A stretch of DNA of 64,000 nt, from positions 31,620,001-31,684,000 of the forward strand of contig OZ004610.1 of assembly GCA_963924565.1 (NCBI GenBank), written 5' to 3'. The number at the start of each line of letters is the position of its first letter. Position 1 is the first letter of the stretch. The notes beneath the pieces were generated by a model, which ran no database searches, was not told the DNA's origin, and worked only from the letters and a program-made list of their open reading frames with translations. Positions 26,977 through 40,300 of this stretch are shown here, one piece after another. The position numbers were made by a program, and so were the translations under genes. This stretch comes from Ascidiella aspersa (Eukaryota).

Positions 26977-29229
26977 ACGTGAAATCCATAAAAATCAGTT
27001 CAAAAAACATTTGCGCTTGCAGCTTATTTCATATTTTAGGTCGGCTTAACGTGGTTGCGAAAGAATGAAAAAACACAATAAGACCTAAAAAGCAATAATA
27101 CATAAAGCTGAAACATCTACAAAACCATAGTATTAAGACCAACGAATTAATAGAGCCAAAAATGCAGTAATATCCACGACAGAAAAAGAACCTCATCGTC
27201 TAAATAAGGCACAAATCCACCGGAATACGTCCTAAATTCATCGGAATAAAGGCTAAATGGCCAAAACAACGTCCAAACCTGTGGGTGTGGGTAGAGGGTA
27301 TGGGACGATCGGGGGCCGTCGGTCTGTCATTGATCGCTTGGGTGACTAGTTGACTACGTTTGTATGCCCTAGTTTGACCGGCGCCATTGTTCTTATGTCA
27401 GTCTTATGGCTGGGGAGTCCGAAAGCATATAACTTAGAACAGTCGCAATACAGACTTGCGGTAGTTTTGTGAAACTTCGCAAAAGATAGAAACGCATCCG
27501 CGTATTAAACAACCACAAATGACACGTGTACCACATGTGGGAAACCACCGCTCCATTAAAGTCCACTCAACTGTAAGATTTTTGAAATCTGAGAGCCCGT
27601 TAGACGGCGCCCGAGCGTCGCAACTTTCTGAGCTTGTCAAAACGGCTTTGTTTAAATGAGAATGATTTGCTAACCTGTACTGAATTGTGCTCGCTTTGTG
27701 GTTTATCGATGTAAATACGTCAAACTTCGCCTTTTTTAATGAAGTTCAAAGAACACGGCAAAAACAGTGAAGAAAACAGAATTGCGCTGAGAAATAAGAA
27801 TCGCGCAGCATTCGAGTTAAATGGTCCAGTTTGCAAACGTATATTTGTCGTTTCTTGTTATGTGCTATCTATCTTTTATCTCTCGTGCGTCTTTTTCTTC
27901 CGCCCTGTAACTATTCTCACGTAAAAAACTGCATTTTTTTACCAATTGAATAGTTTCGCCTTTTCTCGTAGATTTGCACCGACAGCCGGCAGGTTTTTTT
28001 ATTGCCCCATTAGTGCGATGGTGCGGCGAAAATAACAGCGTCCTTCTGAATTAAATTCTGCACACGGCGGTCGTTTAAAGTCAAGTCGTAAAGCGACGCA
28101 AAGGCTCCGGGTTCGAACCTCGCGCCATTGTTTTGCCGTCGTCCCCTTGTAGTAGTAATTGCTGGTTTCGCTCCTGGCCGCAAACCGCAACAGCAGAAGC
28201 GCTAATTCATCGAATAATCGCCGCTTTATTGTCAGCAACGACCTTTCACCTTCCATTGTTAAGGGATCGCGATTGACGTTTCATCTTCGATGCTACCCGC
28301 CGTCCGCCAATGAACCGGGCGGTTTCGATTCGGCGCCAGTAGAATGTACGGGCTGCCATTTTAATCTCGCTTGTGCCTATTAAGTCTATTGTCTCGCGGC
28401 CATGGTTAGCTTTATGCCTGTATTTTGGGCTTTTAATGAAATCTTTCTAAAGGTTCGCCAAAACGCAGAACTAAATTAACAACGTGTGGAGCATAATATT
28501 TGAGGTTGCAGTAAGACGTTGTAAGAATATCAAAGTAGGTAGCATTTTAAACGTTTTAGATTACTCTTCATTAACAACAATTTTTGAAAAACTCCCTCCT
28601 CCCCTATGATTCTAGACCGTCTCCTTGTGCTTCCAACGTTTTATTTAGCGAGTTGTTTTTCGTGTTTAAAACAACTATTTTTTTTTACAGCAAAAAACTT
28701 GGTTTTTACGTGGGAGTATAACCTAACCTAGAAGTTGAATTGAAAAGCAAAACATGCAGAAACTAATTAACAATAATAGATTAATCTTTAGTAGGCCGTC
28801 TGGGACTTTGCTTTTAACGCAACAGGAAAAGTTAGCATGAAAAAAAAAACTTTCTAAACCCCAAGATTAATCACCTACAAATTCGGGCAAATTTGCCTAA
28901 AATAGCATGTCAAGCCGCCTTGGCGCAAAAAGCTTTCACAGAGACCCCAGCTGACCCGTCCTCTTAAAAAACACACAACACAAAGGCTCTCGGGTGCTTT
29001 CAGCGTTGAAAGGGCGTCGTTCGTTCGTTCGCGGAGCCCGGCGTTCGGCCTATCACGTCTTCAGCCACCGCCATTTCCGCGAAGGGGCCGCGCAACCACA
29101 ACCCCACTCGCGAAGCGCTCAGTCGTCGCCCGCCGGAAACTGCCCGTCACGTTACTCGACACGCCACGTTCGCATTGCGCGACATCGGATCGATTACTAA
29201 GTGTTGTTTATTCGCGTCGAAATTAGAGG

Positions 29230-29458
29230 CGAAAAATTCGCGTTAAAATTGGCAAAAAAATTGCGTCAAACTGGCAAAAAATTTGGTTTAAAACTGGCAA
29301 AAAATTCGCGTCAAAACTTGCAAAAAATTCGCTTTAAAACTAGTAAAAACATCGCTTTAAAACTAGGAAAAAACTCGCGTCAAAACTGGCAAAAAATACG
29401 CTTTAAAACTGGCAAAGAAATCGCGTCAAAACAAACTAAAAAATAGCGTTTACACTGG
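29230..29458. repeat. Degenerate ~22-bp tandem repeat
   Basis: aaaactggcaaaaaattcgcgtc variants. Confidence 0.8.
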
Positions 29459-32400
29459 CTCATCTAAAGTCCGACAGCGAACCTGATTGGCCCAGGGCCC
29501 AGTGACCTTGGAATCATACGACCTTGGTCGCTCGTTTATCTTAGAACAGCATGTGTGTCAACGTCCTCCGAGATAAACCGCGGTTGTAAGATACAAGGAA
29601 ATGTCGAGTTATACCGAACCTTGTGGTTTAAAATGTCGTTCAAGTGCAGACAGAGGTTTGTAGCACGACAGGCAAGGCTTTATAAGGCAATGGTTATTAA
29701 ACTATGATCCTCCATGAACTAGTTTTAGGGGGTCCATGAAGACCTACTTGAGATATTAAGGTATATTTGAGAAACTAATCATTTTTTTAAAGAAAAGAGT
29801 GTAATTAAAAAACTGTCAATGAATGTGAATTTAGACACATTTTTTAGACCAGAAATGTCAGATATCTGAAGTCGATTTGTATTGTGACATCAATTCATGC
29901 CGTCATCTCTAAAATTCCCTGCCTACCCTGGCCCACGCAAAGCAAAAATATTGTTTAGGGGCCACCACGTTAAAAAAGTTTCAAGAACCCCTGCTTTAAG
30001 GGGATTCACGGTACGACCGCGCTACGCTTTCGCCTAACTTCGTGATATGACTGGCTGCTATATTGAACGCGCCTTGTCGTGGCAATGCGTTAGCACCAAC
30101 AGCATAAGCGTTAGTATAAGCATCGCCATTTGCGCTAGCGGTCGTGGGCGATTAGCCGGCCTATCAAAAAGAAAGAAGCGCATCGTTGGAAATGGGAAAT
30201 AACAGAGCGCTTCCGTTACTTTGCCAGCACTCGCGCGAACGTTGGGTGGCTGGATGGCCTTACGCGTTACGCTCAGCATTCGTCCGCGTGATTCTCGCTG
30301 GCGTTGGTTCCGCGCAAGGGTGACGACGCTGCCGCTATGCCCCGTGCCTCGTTCGTTATGTAATTTGTGGGCGTAATGGCCCCGGTTCTTGCCCGGTGCA
30401 TCATTTGATGTTTATCTTCAGCGATTATGAAAGGCAAGGACTACATTTCGTGCGTAAGGCAAGGGCTATATATCTAATTCAAGTCATTTAATATTCAACT
30501 AACGATAAAGTCAAGTCATTTGTAAAGTAAACAATGAGGCATAATGGTTGGAGGTTGTAGTAAGACGCAATAAGAATATCAAAGGCCATACAGAAGTAGG
30601 TAGCATTCTGAACGTTTCGAATAAACTCTTTAAAATGAATGAAGTAAACTTGTCCAATTCTTTGGCGCGCGTAAGGAAAGCGACAGTTTAATGCATGGCC
30701 CTATAAGCGTAAGTTTTATTTCGAGGGTTAATCGTCGCCAACGCGCTTCGCACTAAATCAGCTAAAAACTGACCATTAGGTTCAACTAACGAAGGTACGA
30801 ATCGACCGAGAACACAGGATCTTGCGCGCCTGTGCTTTGGGACAAATGGCGACTCTCGACTCGCCATTGAATAGCTGACAATGGCCGCTCGCCTGGCTGG
30901 CAGATTAGCGCAGGGCTGCATCGCGGATCGGGAGACAATAGCCGTGGCTGTTGGCCGGCTCCAGGGCCCCAGGCGGCGCGGGTATTTCGCTGGCAATCTG
31001 TTAATGTATTTGATGGTGAGCCCGGGACGGAAAAAAATGCACGTGAACGATTTGGTGCCGAGCCGATGTCATTATCAGGTCGTCACCGCAAACGTGCACT
31101 TGGTTTTGTTCGTTTGCGAGGTCGAGTGCTGCGCTCAAGGGCGCCTGAAGTTCTGTTAAGGGCGCTCTGGGTTGTTTGCGAATGGTAGCGACGAATTTAA
31201 GTGAATTAAAATCAACGTTATGTTATGTGGAGTCAACTAACTACGCACGGCTCGTTCCTGCTGCGGCAAAAACAAGGTGCTTCAGGACTTTGAAAGGGAG
31301 TTAAGAGCGTAGGGTTTGAGTTTTAGTTTCGGTCAAGTTAATATGCAAATGCAGCACCAGGCGTGCGATGTGGGTGGGCTTGTAAGCAGAATAATACTTG
31401 GCAATTCGTATTGATAACATTCTGTATTAGTAGTAGGACGTATTGGTAGTAGCAAAAGCGTTATATTTATTCGTTGGGCTGTTTAGTTTATTCAAGAGAG
31501 TCCGCCAAAATTAACCCATCGTTGCATAAGTTTAGAAAAACCCCAATCAGTCCCCGAAAGCGAAACAGTGTGAAAGAAATCAGCTGTAATTCGTTTTTAT
31601 AACATTCTGTATCAGTAGGACGCGCATCAGTGCAAAAGCGTTATATAATCTCCGGTGGGTTGTTTAGGTAAAACATCAGGGCATAAGTTAAAATGCGCAG
31701 TCAATGCCCGAAAGCGAAACAGGATAAAATAAATCAGTTATTAGCAGTAGGACGCATATTTGTGCTCCGGTGGGTTGTCCAGAAAACCCACCGGAAGTTA
31801 AAATGCCCAAAGTCATTGCCCGAAAGCGAAACAGGATTGAAAGAAAAATCACTCGCTATTCCCTTACAATGCATTGAGGTCGGGCGAGTCAGTGTCAGTT
31901 CGGCAGTCACGTTCCTGGTTAAGCAATATACAGGCACAGGAAGCGCAGGCGTGCCGGGGTCCTAACAGCAGCGCGAGGTACTTTAAAACCAAACGCAGAA
32001 AGAAGAAGAAAGGCCCGGGCGAGCAAACGATCACGAAGTACGTCGCAATCATGACGCCATGCAGTACGTTTGAGATGCGCCCGTTGGTCGTTAATGACAC
32101 ACACTGCTGGTGTTACTGGTGCTTGTGCTACAATACGCATATGATGACTGGCTTGCAGGGCGAGCGCCGGTCAGATTTATTTTTCTGTCGAGCTGCCCAC
32201 ACGCGAACGGCCTGCTGGTCGTGCCAAGAAAGCGTTTTCTGTCCCCGACTCACTAAGCTAACTGTCGTGGTCGTGACACCAAGTAGTTAGCGCCGAGGTC
32301 GCTTGGTTAGCGAGAAAGTGTTTGGTGTAGTTGGTTAGCAGGCGAGCAAGTGAGAGGGTCGGTAGAACTACTTCGTTTTTCTTTTAACCATTTGTCGAGT

Positions 32401-33724
32401 AATTTTAAGCAATAGAGTCGGTTTTGAGGCAGTCCTGTCACAAACTTATGGCGAGAAAGCTATAGTTATAGTTGGGTAACATGAGAGTGAGTAGCATTAG
32501 CGTCTGTAAAACGACCGCCTTTGCTTTGGCGATTAGTTAAGTATTTTTGGGCAATAGACTCGATCTGGAGGCAGTCCAGCCACAAACTGAAGACGAGAAA
32601 GTTATATTTGTAGTTGAAAAAGGGTAGCGCGTGAGTGGCATTAGGGTCTGTAAAACGACTCCGCCTTTCCTTTGGCGATTAGTCGAGTCTTTTTGAGCAA
32701 CAGAGAGTTGGTTTGAAGGCAGTTGGATACAAACTTAAAAAAGAAGGACTAGGACAGTGCATCTCAACCCACCCAAAGTTGGGTCGCCGTTTGGATTGGT
32801 CGAGTCTCCGACTGCTGTAGTTTTATTTGGTTAGATTTATTAGGATTGGTCCGGAGAAATTCCTAATGCTTGATCGCTTGCAAAAAGTTCATTAAAGATG
32901 ATTAGATCGCCAAAGCTTCGTTGTTGTACTCACGCTTTATTTTTTGGTTCGCTGCGAAAAAGGGACGAGAAATACTGGACTAGACGTCGAAAAGCGATGC
33001 GCAAATTGCAAAGCAGCAATTGTCAATTGCGACCTTTTCGGCTTGTCCCCATTTTTCTGCTTCTGGCCAGTGTTGCGGCTTGCATCATTCTTCCTGTGCA
33101 GCGCCTGGCCGAGAAGTCTCTTGGCCTAGATACGACTGTTTATTGTTGTTTTGAGGCGACGGTTTATGTTTGAGGTTAAAATGGCCCAGGCGGAAACGGC
33201 CTTATAGAGTTTAGAACGCGCGGTAAACAATAAACTCAAGTTAATTCCCCTTACGGTTGGTTCGAGTTTGCGCATTTAATGCAGTGTAAAAATAGTCCAG
33301 TGAAAAAAAAATCTGCGTTTTTCGGTCTAAAACATAATGAACATAGCTGATTTTGTTTTGCCGTTGGCGGAATAGTAATGTGAATTAATTTTTACCCACT
33401 TTACAAAAGCGCACTCTGTTAAAGATGTAGCACTAAATATGTGATATTCGAGATACCCTTGCAGGATAAATGTCGACTTTAATTTTTGATCAGTAACAGC
33501 AGAATACTCTAGTAAAGATTTGAAAAGGTTTATATTATATGTATATATATTTTGCCAGCAAAGGCATCGTCGGTATATCTTAATTCGAATGAATTAATGG
33601 TAAAGATATCTGTAGTTGTGAATTCTAGTATGCTTGCTTGTTTGTATTGATACGGCCTTGCACCAAGTATGTGTTTTCCATTCTCGCGTCAATGCGTAGA
33701 AGGATATTGAACGCGCTTTGCCTT

Positions 33725-33740
33725 ATGACTCATTTCAGAT
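33725..33740 (+). promoter_or_regulatory. Candidate splice acceptor (cis, or SL trans-splice) opening the first coding exon
   Basis: gactcatTTTCAG|ATC lies 198 nt upstream of the ATG; no ATG seen in between. Confidence 0.45.
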
Positions 33741-33936
33741 CGCTCGCGGCCGCTTTGAAAAACACCATCAAGAGGCCTAGGGAGAAATAACAATAGAGAT
33801 ATAAGAGAGATACTAAGAAAACGCTAACGCGTGTATTGTACTGACAACAAGAGAACCATCTTCTCCTACCGTGCGCGCTGGTGCATTATACAAACAAACA
33901 AGCAAGTCAAGACCGAAGCGGAAGGAACTACGAAGG

Positions 33937-34318
33937 ATGAGTTTAGACTTGAGTAGGCATAGGATGGAGGGAATCAGCGGTCTGTCGTTGGTCTCACCCC
34001 CACAACGCTCCTTCATCGACAATATGATGCTAAAAAACAGCAACAACAACCTGATGAACAGTAGCGACTCGCCAATGCCCGATATCGCCATGAGCATTCA
34101 CAATTTCAACGCCCGGGGCGCCGCCGCCGCCACCGCCGCTGCTGGGGGCCTGGGTGGTCTAGTACCCCCCTACATGCGTGGCTCCCTGGGGGTGCTTGGA
34201 AACCTGAACGGCTACGGCCAGCATTTTCCTTTCCCGCCCAACTCGAACGATGGGATTTCTCCGAAATCGCCGCCCGGCCAAATGTCGATGTATGATAAGT
34301 TTGAAGGCGAGAGAAAAG
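33937..34318 (+). CDS. NR6A1: GCNF coding exon 1 (A/B region, MSLDLSRHR...YDKFEGERK)
   Basis: ATG at 33937 with an in-frame upstream TAA at 33802. GC-rich ORF with Asn/Ala/Gly/Pro-rich low complexity. Donor AAG|GTGGGA is phase 1, matching the next acceptor. Confidence 0.8.
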
Positions 34319-37300
34319 GTGGGATTCGGATTATCCGTTCAATATAGGCCTTATGAAATCAACATACAGGCGTCTTTAACCTTCCCGGTAAAATCAACTT
34401 AGGTTTTTAGGTTTGTCGTTTGTGCAAAATTGATACAGGTGTCGCTGTGTGCAAATGTTATATTATTTGTCACTCTTGGTTTCGGTGCTGGATCAATCCC
34501 AAATGAACCCTTCAGAGTGAAACAATGATTCGCCAACCTAATGACAGGTGACTGTATACTTTGTACAATTAGAACCGACAAAAACCGGACAAAAAACAGG
34601 GTCCGCCAACGTTTAAAGCAAGCTTATGTAGCACTCAAAGTTGTTTTGCGTTGGTCACAGGCGCTCACACGAGCCAGTGAGCAAAACACAAACGAAAGCG
34701 TCAAACACCTTGCTGCGTCTGTGACCGCCTTTGCGTTAAGTGTGCCAGCAAAACATAAACACAGGAGCGTATCGCGGCCAAACAACATCAGTTACCGCTG
34801 CTGTTCGTGACGCTGCCTTTAAAGCGAGATGCTTGATCGATGGTCGGTCAGCGGCGTGCATCATCTCTCGCCAGAGTCGCGTTCGAACCCCCCGATACAC
34901 AGCAAAACGCTTGGTCACGTTGCGCCCGCCAAGTCTGTGACGTCGATCGGTGACGTCAGCAAAACCGTCGGGGCTCGAATTGACTCGGGTGCTCGGTTGT
35001 TGTTGAAAGGCCGTTGATACGCTGTATTATGGTTGCAATTATTACACTTATGTACGCGTCTTTTTTCTCTTTTAATGTAGGAATAAATGCGAAGCTCTTA
35101 AATACGCGGTGTATTAACTTTTGACACTCGCAATCGATTAATTACCACTTTTGAATATAGAGCTGAACTCGAACCTCTTAAAAACGCTTTTTATTCAATT
35201 TTGACACTAACAAACGAGGTATTATGCCTTTTGAAATTGGAGCGAAGCGAAGAGCTCTTCAATTTACGCTGTGTATAACTTCTTACACCTAAAAACGCGT
35301 TAGTGTGCCTTCGTTTAAAACCATAGCGACATTTCGGTATGTTGTCCTTTGTTTTGGCCGACATCGACGCTTTACAGCGATCAAACCACAAGAAGCGACC
35401 CTGGTCGACCCGAAATTGCGCACCCTTGACGTAACGGCACGACGCGATATAGTAGCGATGATAATTAATTAAACATCGCTCCTGTCATCGCGCTGGTGAC
35501 TATACACACGCACTTGCTCTTTAATAAAAATATTTTCAATTAAAAAAAATCGTAAAATTAAAAAATGACTGTTTTTTCCGTTTTTCAAACAAAAAACTAT
35601 TTGCGCGAAAATTTGTGTGTTTTAAGTAGGTACAGTAAATCGACTATAAATATGCCGTTGCTACCAGGCATAGTATAATGAAAATAAGTTCTTATGGTAT
35701 ATTTGTTAAACCAACGTTTCGGCTAACTATTTTTTGATGAAGGCTTTCCGAATAGTAAGCGGAAACGTTGGTTTAACAATATATGCCAAAATAACTTATT
35801 TTTGTTATTAAATAAACTAGCATTGTCAAAAAAACCGGACCCGTGTCACAAGACCTGCTCTTTGAAAAAAAGATTTTAAATTAAAAAAGATTAAAAATTA
35901 AAAAATGACTTTTGTGAAAATTACTTTCAAACTTTTTCGCCAAAATTTGCTAGTTCCAAGTTTAGTAAAACAACTATGTTTTGCAAGCAAGCAAGCACAC
36001 CGGTTGTGTTTTCTGGCTGATATAGCGTTGTTCACTATATTCAGCATTGTAATCACCGGACTGTTATCATAAGATTTCAACCACGTCGGCGTTTTTGTCG
36101 ATTCGCGACTTCCCATTTTACCGCTTCCCCTCCGCCCGTTGGACGCGGCCTTCGCTCCTTTGTCACGTTCGCGCGTGTGTGCGTGCGTGTGCTCGCGTGA
36201 TTCCACGACGCGCGCTTCCGATGTCACAACGCCTCGTGTGACGTCATATCCGGGCCTGTTTTCGCAACGCTTGTGCCGACCTTTCCTTCGCCGCCTACGC
36301 CGCATCGGTCATCAGAAAACCCGCAGCGCTCACAAACGCGGTAAAATGAATTTATACCGAAATATAATGCAAAGTCGTACCAAGAATATCAAAGCCCATA
36401 CAGAAGTAGGAAACATTTTGAACGTTTTATTCGAAACGTTTGCTTTGATATTCTTATTACGTCTTACTACAACCTCCAACCATTATGCTCACAAGATTTG
36501 CATTGGTCATCAGAAAACCGCAGCGCTCACAGCATAATGCAAAGTCGTAAGGAGAATATCAAAGCCCATACAGATGTTGAACGTTTCGAATAATTCTTTA
36601 TTGAAAATCGTCGTTTTTACATCGAAAACCCAACGCGGTAAAATAGACACCGAAATAAAAAAAAAAAAATGATGATATTGCAATCATTTTGAACGTTTCG
36701 AATAACTCTTTATTTATTTTCAACATTAGGAGAAAACACTGATACTGTATACCTGCCTCAGCAGTGTATACTATAAAGAATCAGTGCCTTCTCATGATGT
36801 TGAAAATGAATAAAGAGTTATTCGAAACGTTCAAAATGATATACTTCTGTATGGGCTTATTACGTCTTACTACCAACCATTATGCTCCCTAACACAAGGT
36901 ATAAATCAAGAAACAGCTTCTCGATTCGGCGTCATTTACCCTGACGAAGGCGACTTGAATAGGTTGTCAAAACGTTGGTTAAGAAGTACAATTTCCAGAG
37001 AAGGAGCTGTTGTTTGATTTATATTACTATGCCTGGTAGCAACAGTTTATATATAGCGCGTAGGTTGGCGGTTTGATGAGCGCAAAACTTCCCATACTTT
37101 CCTATTAATAAAATGCATACCGATTTATTATTATCATAAAGAGTTTTTTTACCACCCCATTTTTTGTGTGCAAAATTTCCCATCCCTCAGTCAAAAAAGT
37201 CTATTTTCGCTTCCAATGCAATCACGCTATGTCATATCAACAAAAACGACAACAGGCTAAGTCACTTTCCAGCCGGAATTGTCCAAAGTCGGTCATGGTG

Positions 37301-40300
37301 CAGTAATTGCGAGACTTTCCCTGCGAAAGCGATCAGGGCAGGTGTAACCCTTAAACGCCTGATTTGGCGCTAATGACCGCCTTGGCATTCGGCGTTCGCG
37401 CCCGCCTTTAGAACGGCACCTGTACAATGGCCGTGAGTCGACATTAATCGCACATTGACAATGCCCGCTGTAGCCGTTGTTCTGGCGTGAGAGTTGACCC
37501 AGTTTGCCCGTAGTAGACGGTTGAGCACCTCCAATTAACTAAAGCGTCGGCCAATCGTTTATGGCCTGTAAACACGACCAATGGAAAAGGATTATTTGAG
37601 GTACAACAGCATCATAGCCAGAGTTTCGGTCGATGTGGACGCCAAAATAAGGGCTTAATAGCACCAAAATCTTCATGGTAATTGAATTTGACATTGCAAG
37701 GCAATCAAATGATACTCCTGTTCTTACCGATTCTAATTATTGTTGATCTACTCTATCATTTTCGCTTTGCAATTCATTATCAATTAATGTGTTTAAGATA
37801 AGGGAATGTTAAAGTATATGGCGTTTGTATAAATAATTATATTTTTCTAGATAACAAAGTACTTAAAAAAAGCTAAATTTAGAAAGTAGGGCGAAACAGC
37901 AACCCTGGATGTTGCCTTTTGCAAACATGACTTCACCCTTTAACGCGATAAAACGATATAAAAAAAAAACGGGCTTACGGTCGAAACGCAGAGTTGATTC
38001 CGAATTTCCACCGTTGCGTTGTTTACAGCAAGAGCATTTGACCCGGGGGCACCGCAATCTGCCCCTAGAAGAACAAAAAAATCGCTATACACAAACGAGG
38101 GCCCTTGGGGTCGCGATTCGCGCCTTGCATTGAGGATGAACTGTATCCTTCCGGGTCTAGGGGAGCATAGGAACCAGGGCGGCACCGGCGTCGTTTGTTC
38201 CTCAGGCGAGATAATAGACCGCGCGCGTGGGTCGCCCTAACCTGAGCTCCGATGATTGACTGACACGCTTTCCCCGAGTGGGTTCGCGGGGCTAAAGGCA
38301 AATTTGCATCCGCTCACTTTGGTGTGCCAACTGCCATCTGCCTCTGTTAAGCTTTTGTCTGCGGAGTTCACCTAAAAAGCGCACTTTTGATCGTCGTCAG
38401 CAGTTGTGAACAAGTCATGAGTCCAAGTCAAGTCATTTGTAAATAAATTAAGTCCAAGTCAAGTCGTTTTAAATAATTAACAAGTCAAGTCCCAGTCCAA
38501 GTCATAATTATAGCGAGTCTGGCAAAAGTTAATCAGTATGTCCGCATGGCCTAAACATATATCATTATTAAAACACTCAAAAGGCGTGATAAAATAAAAA
38601 GAAAAGCAAACAACTTGAGCAAAAGACATTTTTGCACCATGAAGACTTAATCCAATCGGACTTGGTATAGCTCGGGAGCTCGATTTCAAGTCCTTTCCCT
38701 TTTCGTTGGTTTTATGCAAACGAGGCGTCTAGAATGCAGACGTCTGATCTTACTGCGCGCCGTCTAGGTCGCGGCCATCGCTCGATGCAAAACAGCACCT
38801 GGCCTCTCCCTTGCAATTACTCGGAACTGCAATGTGCACGGCGCAAAGTCTAGAGGTGGGCGGGGCCAATATGCCAGCCACGCCCCCTAACAGCTTTGAC
38901 CGTAATGGTAACTTTGTCCGTCAAGTTCCCCTCATCGCGTTTGGATATTCCGCGATTAATCAAGGCCTTTCGGTCGGCGCCTGCCCAGCAGACCGGGAAG
39001 TTCCTGCCGGGGTCAATGGGCAACTGGCACCGTTTTTTAAGGAAATTTGAATCGCAAGCCATCACTCAAGTTTCCACCTCGATGTCGAATTTCTATCATT
39101 TCCACAACGTTACTTCTGTGTTGGTCTTTTTCTTGGCCTTAATGAACTTTATTTTTTGTCGCTGAAATCACCGGACGGACGGATGACACTTGTCCCAATA
39201 CCTTTGTGGTTTTGCTTGTCCCAATATGTAACTTTTCGTCTATGATGGCCACTATTGTTTTTCATATTACTGATTGTACTTCTTATTATGATAGACGTTA
39301 ATAGGTTCAGAACTGTTTTTTTACTTCTGTACTTTTTATTCCAGTTATCATTTAAACCAGTTAACATTATCATCCAACCTAACACAGCGCTTAACCCACT
39401 AGTTTTTGTTTTACGAAGAGAGATAAACGGTGCTTCACGGCTTGCCCCAGTGCCACGCAAAAACAAACAAAAAAAAAAACAGGACAACATGTTGGGCAAC
39501 TAACTCTAACTGTTTGCAACGCCGATCCCGGCTTCTTAGGCCGTCGTGTTTTAAACCCGCTTATTTTGTTTTCCAACAGAAGACGGCAAGGAGGTGAAAA
39601 GCTGCCTGATCTGCGGGGACAAGGCGACCGGCCTTCACTACGGCATTATCTCGTGCGAGGGATGCAAGGGATTCTTCAAGCGCAGCATATGCAACAAGCG
39701 CGTCTATCGCTGCACTCGTAGCAAGAACTGCGTCATGTCGCGCAAGCAGCGTAACCGATGTCAGTTCTGCCGACTGCTCAAGTGCCTACAGATGGGAATG
39801 AATCGAAAAGGTGTGGCTTTTTACTGAATATTTATACACTTAAATTTTAACTTTTGTTGCTGATTAAAATTTGACTTTTTTGTGGCTTATATACGCGCCA
39901 CTAAAGCGAATTAAAGTCACAGAAAGCATCTGTTCGTAGGTTGGAGCTTTTCTGATCATCGCCCTTATCTTTTTGCCCCTACGCCCCCCTCCAGGCCATT
40001 TTCGATCGCTTTCTTGATTCAGAGCCAATGCAGCGGCCCGTGGTGTCTCGTTACCACCGTCTGTTTTTTTACTGTCGCTTTTAAATTCACGGAAAATAGA
40101 AAAAAAGCCCCTCTAGATTGGCGGGTATCTTTTTGCAAGCCCTAAGGAGCGCTGCAGATCTATGCAGTGCAAAAACGAAATCATTTTTTTTTTTATGAAT
40201 GTAATACATAATCTTGATTAAGATGTCTGGATGCAAACTATCATCTTTAGTTAGTTATGACAACATGATGTTGATCTACTCGACGTTTTGGCTTCGTAAT

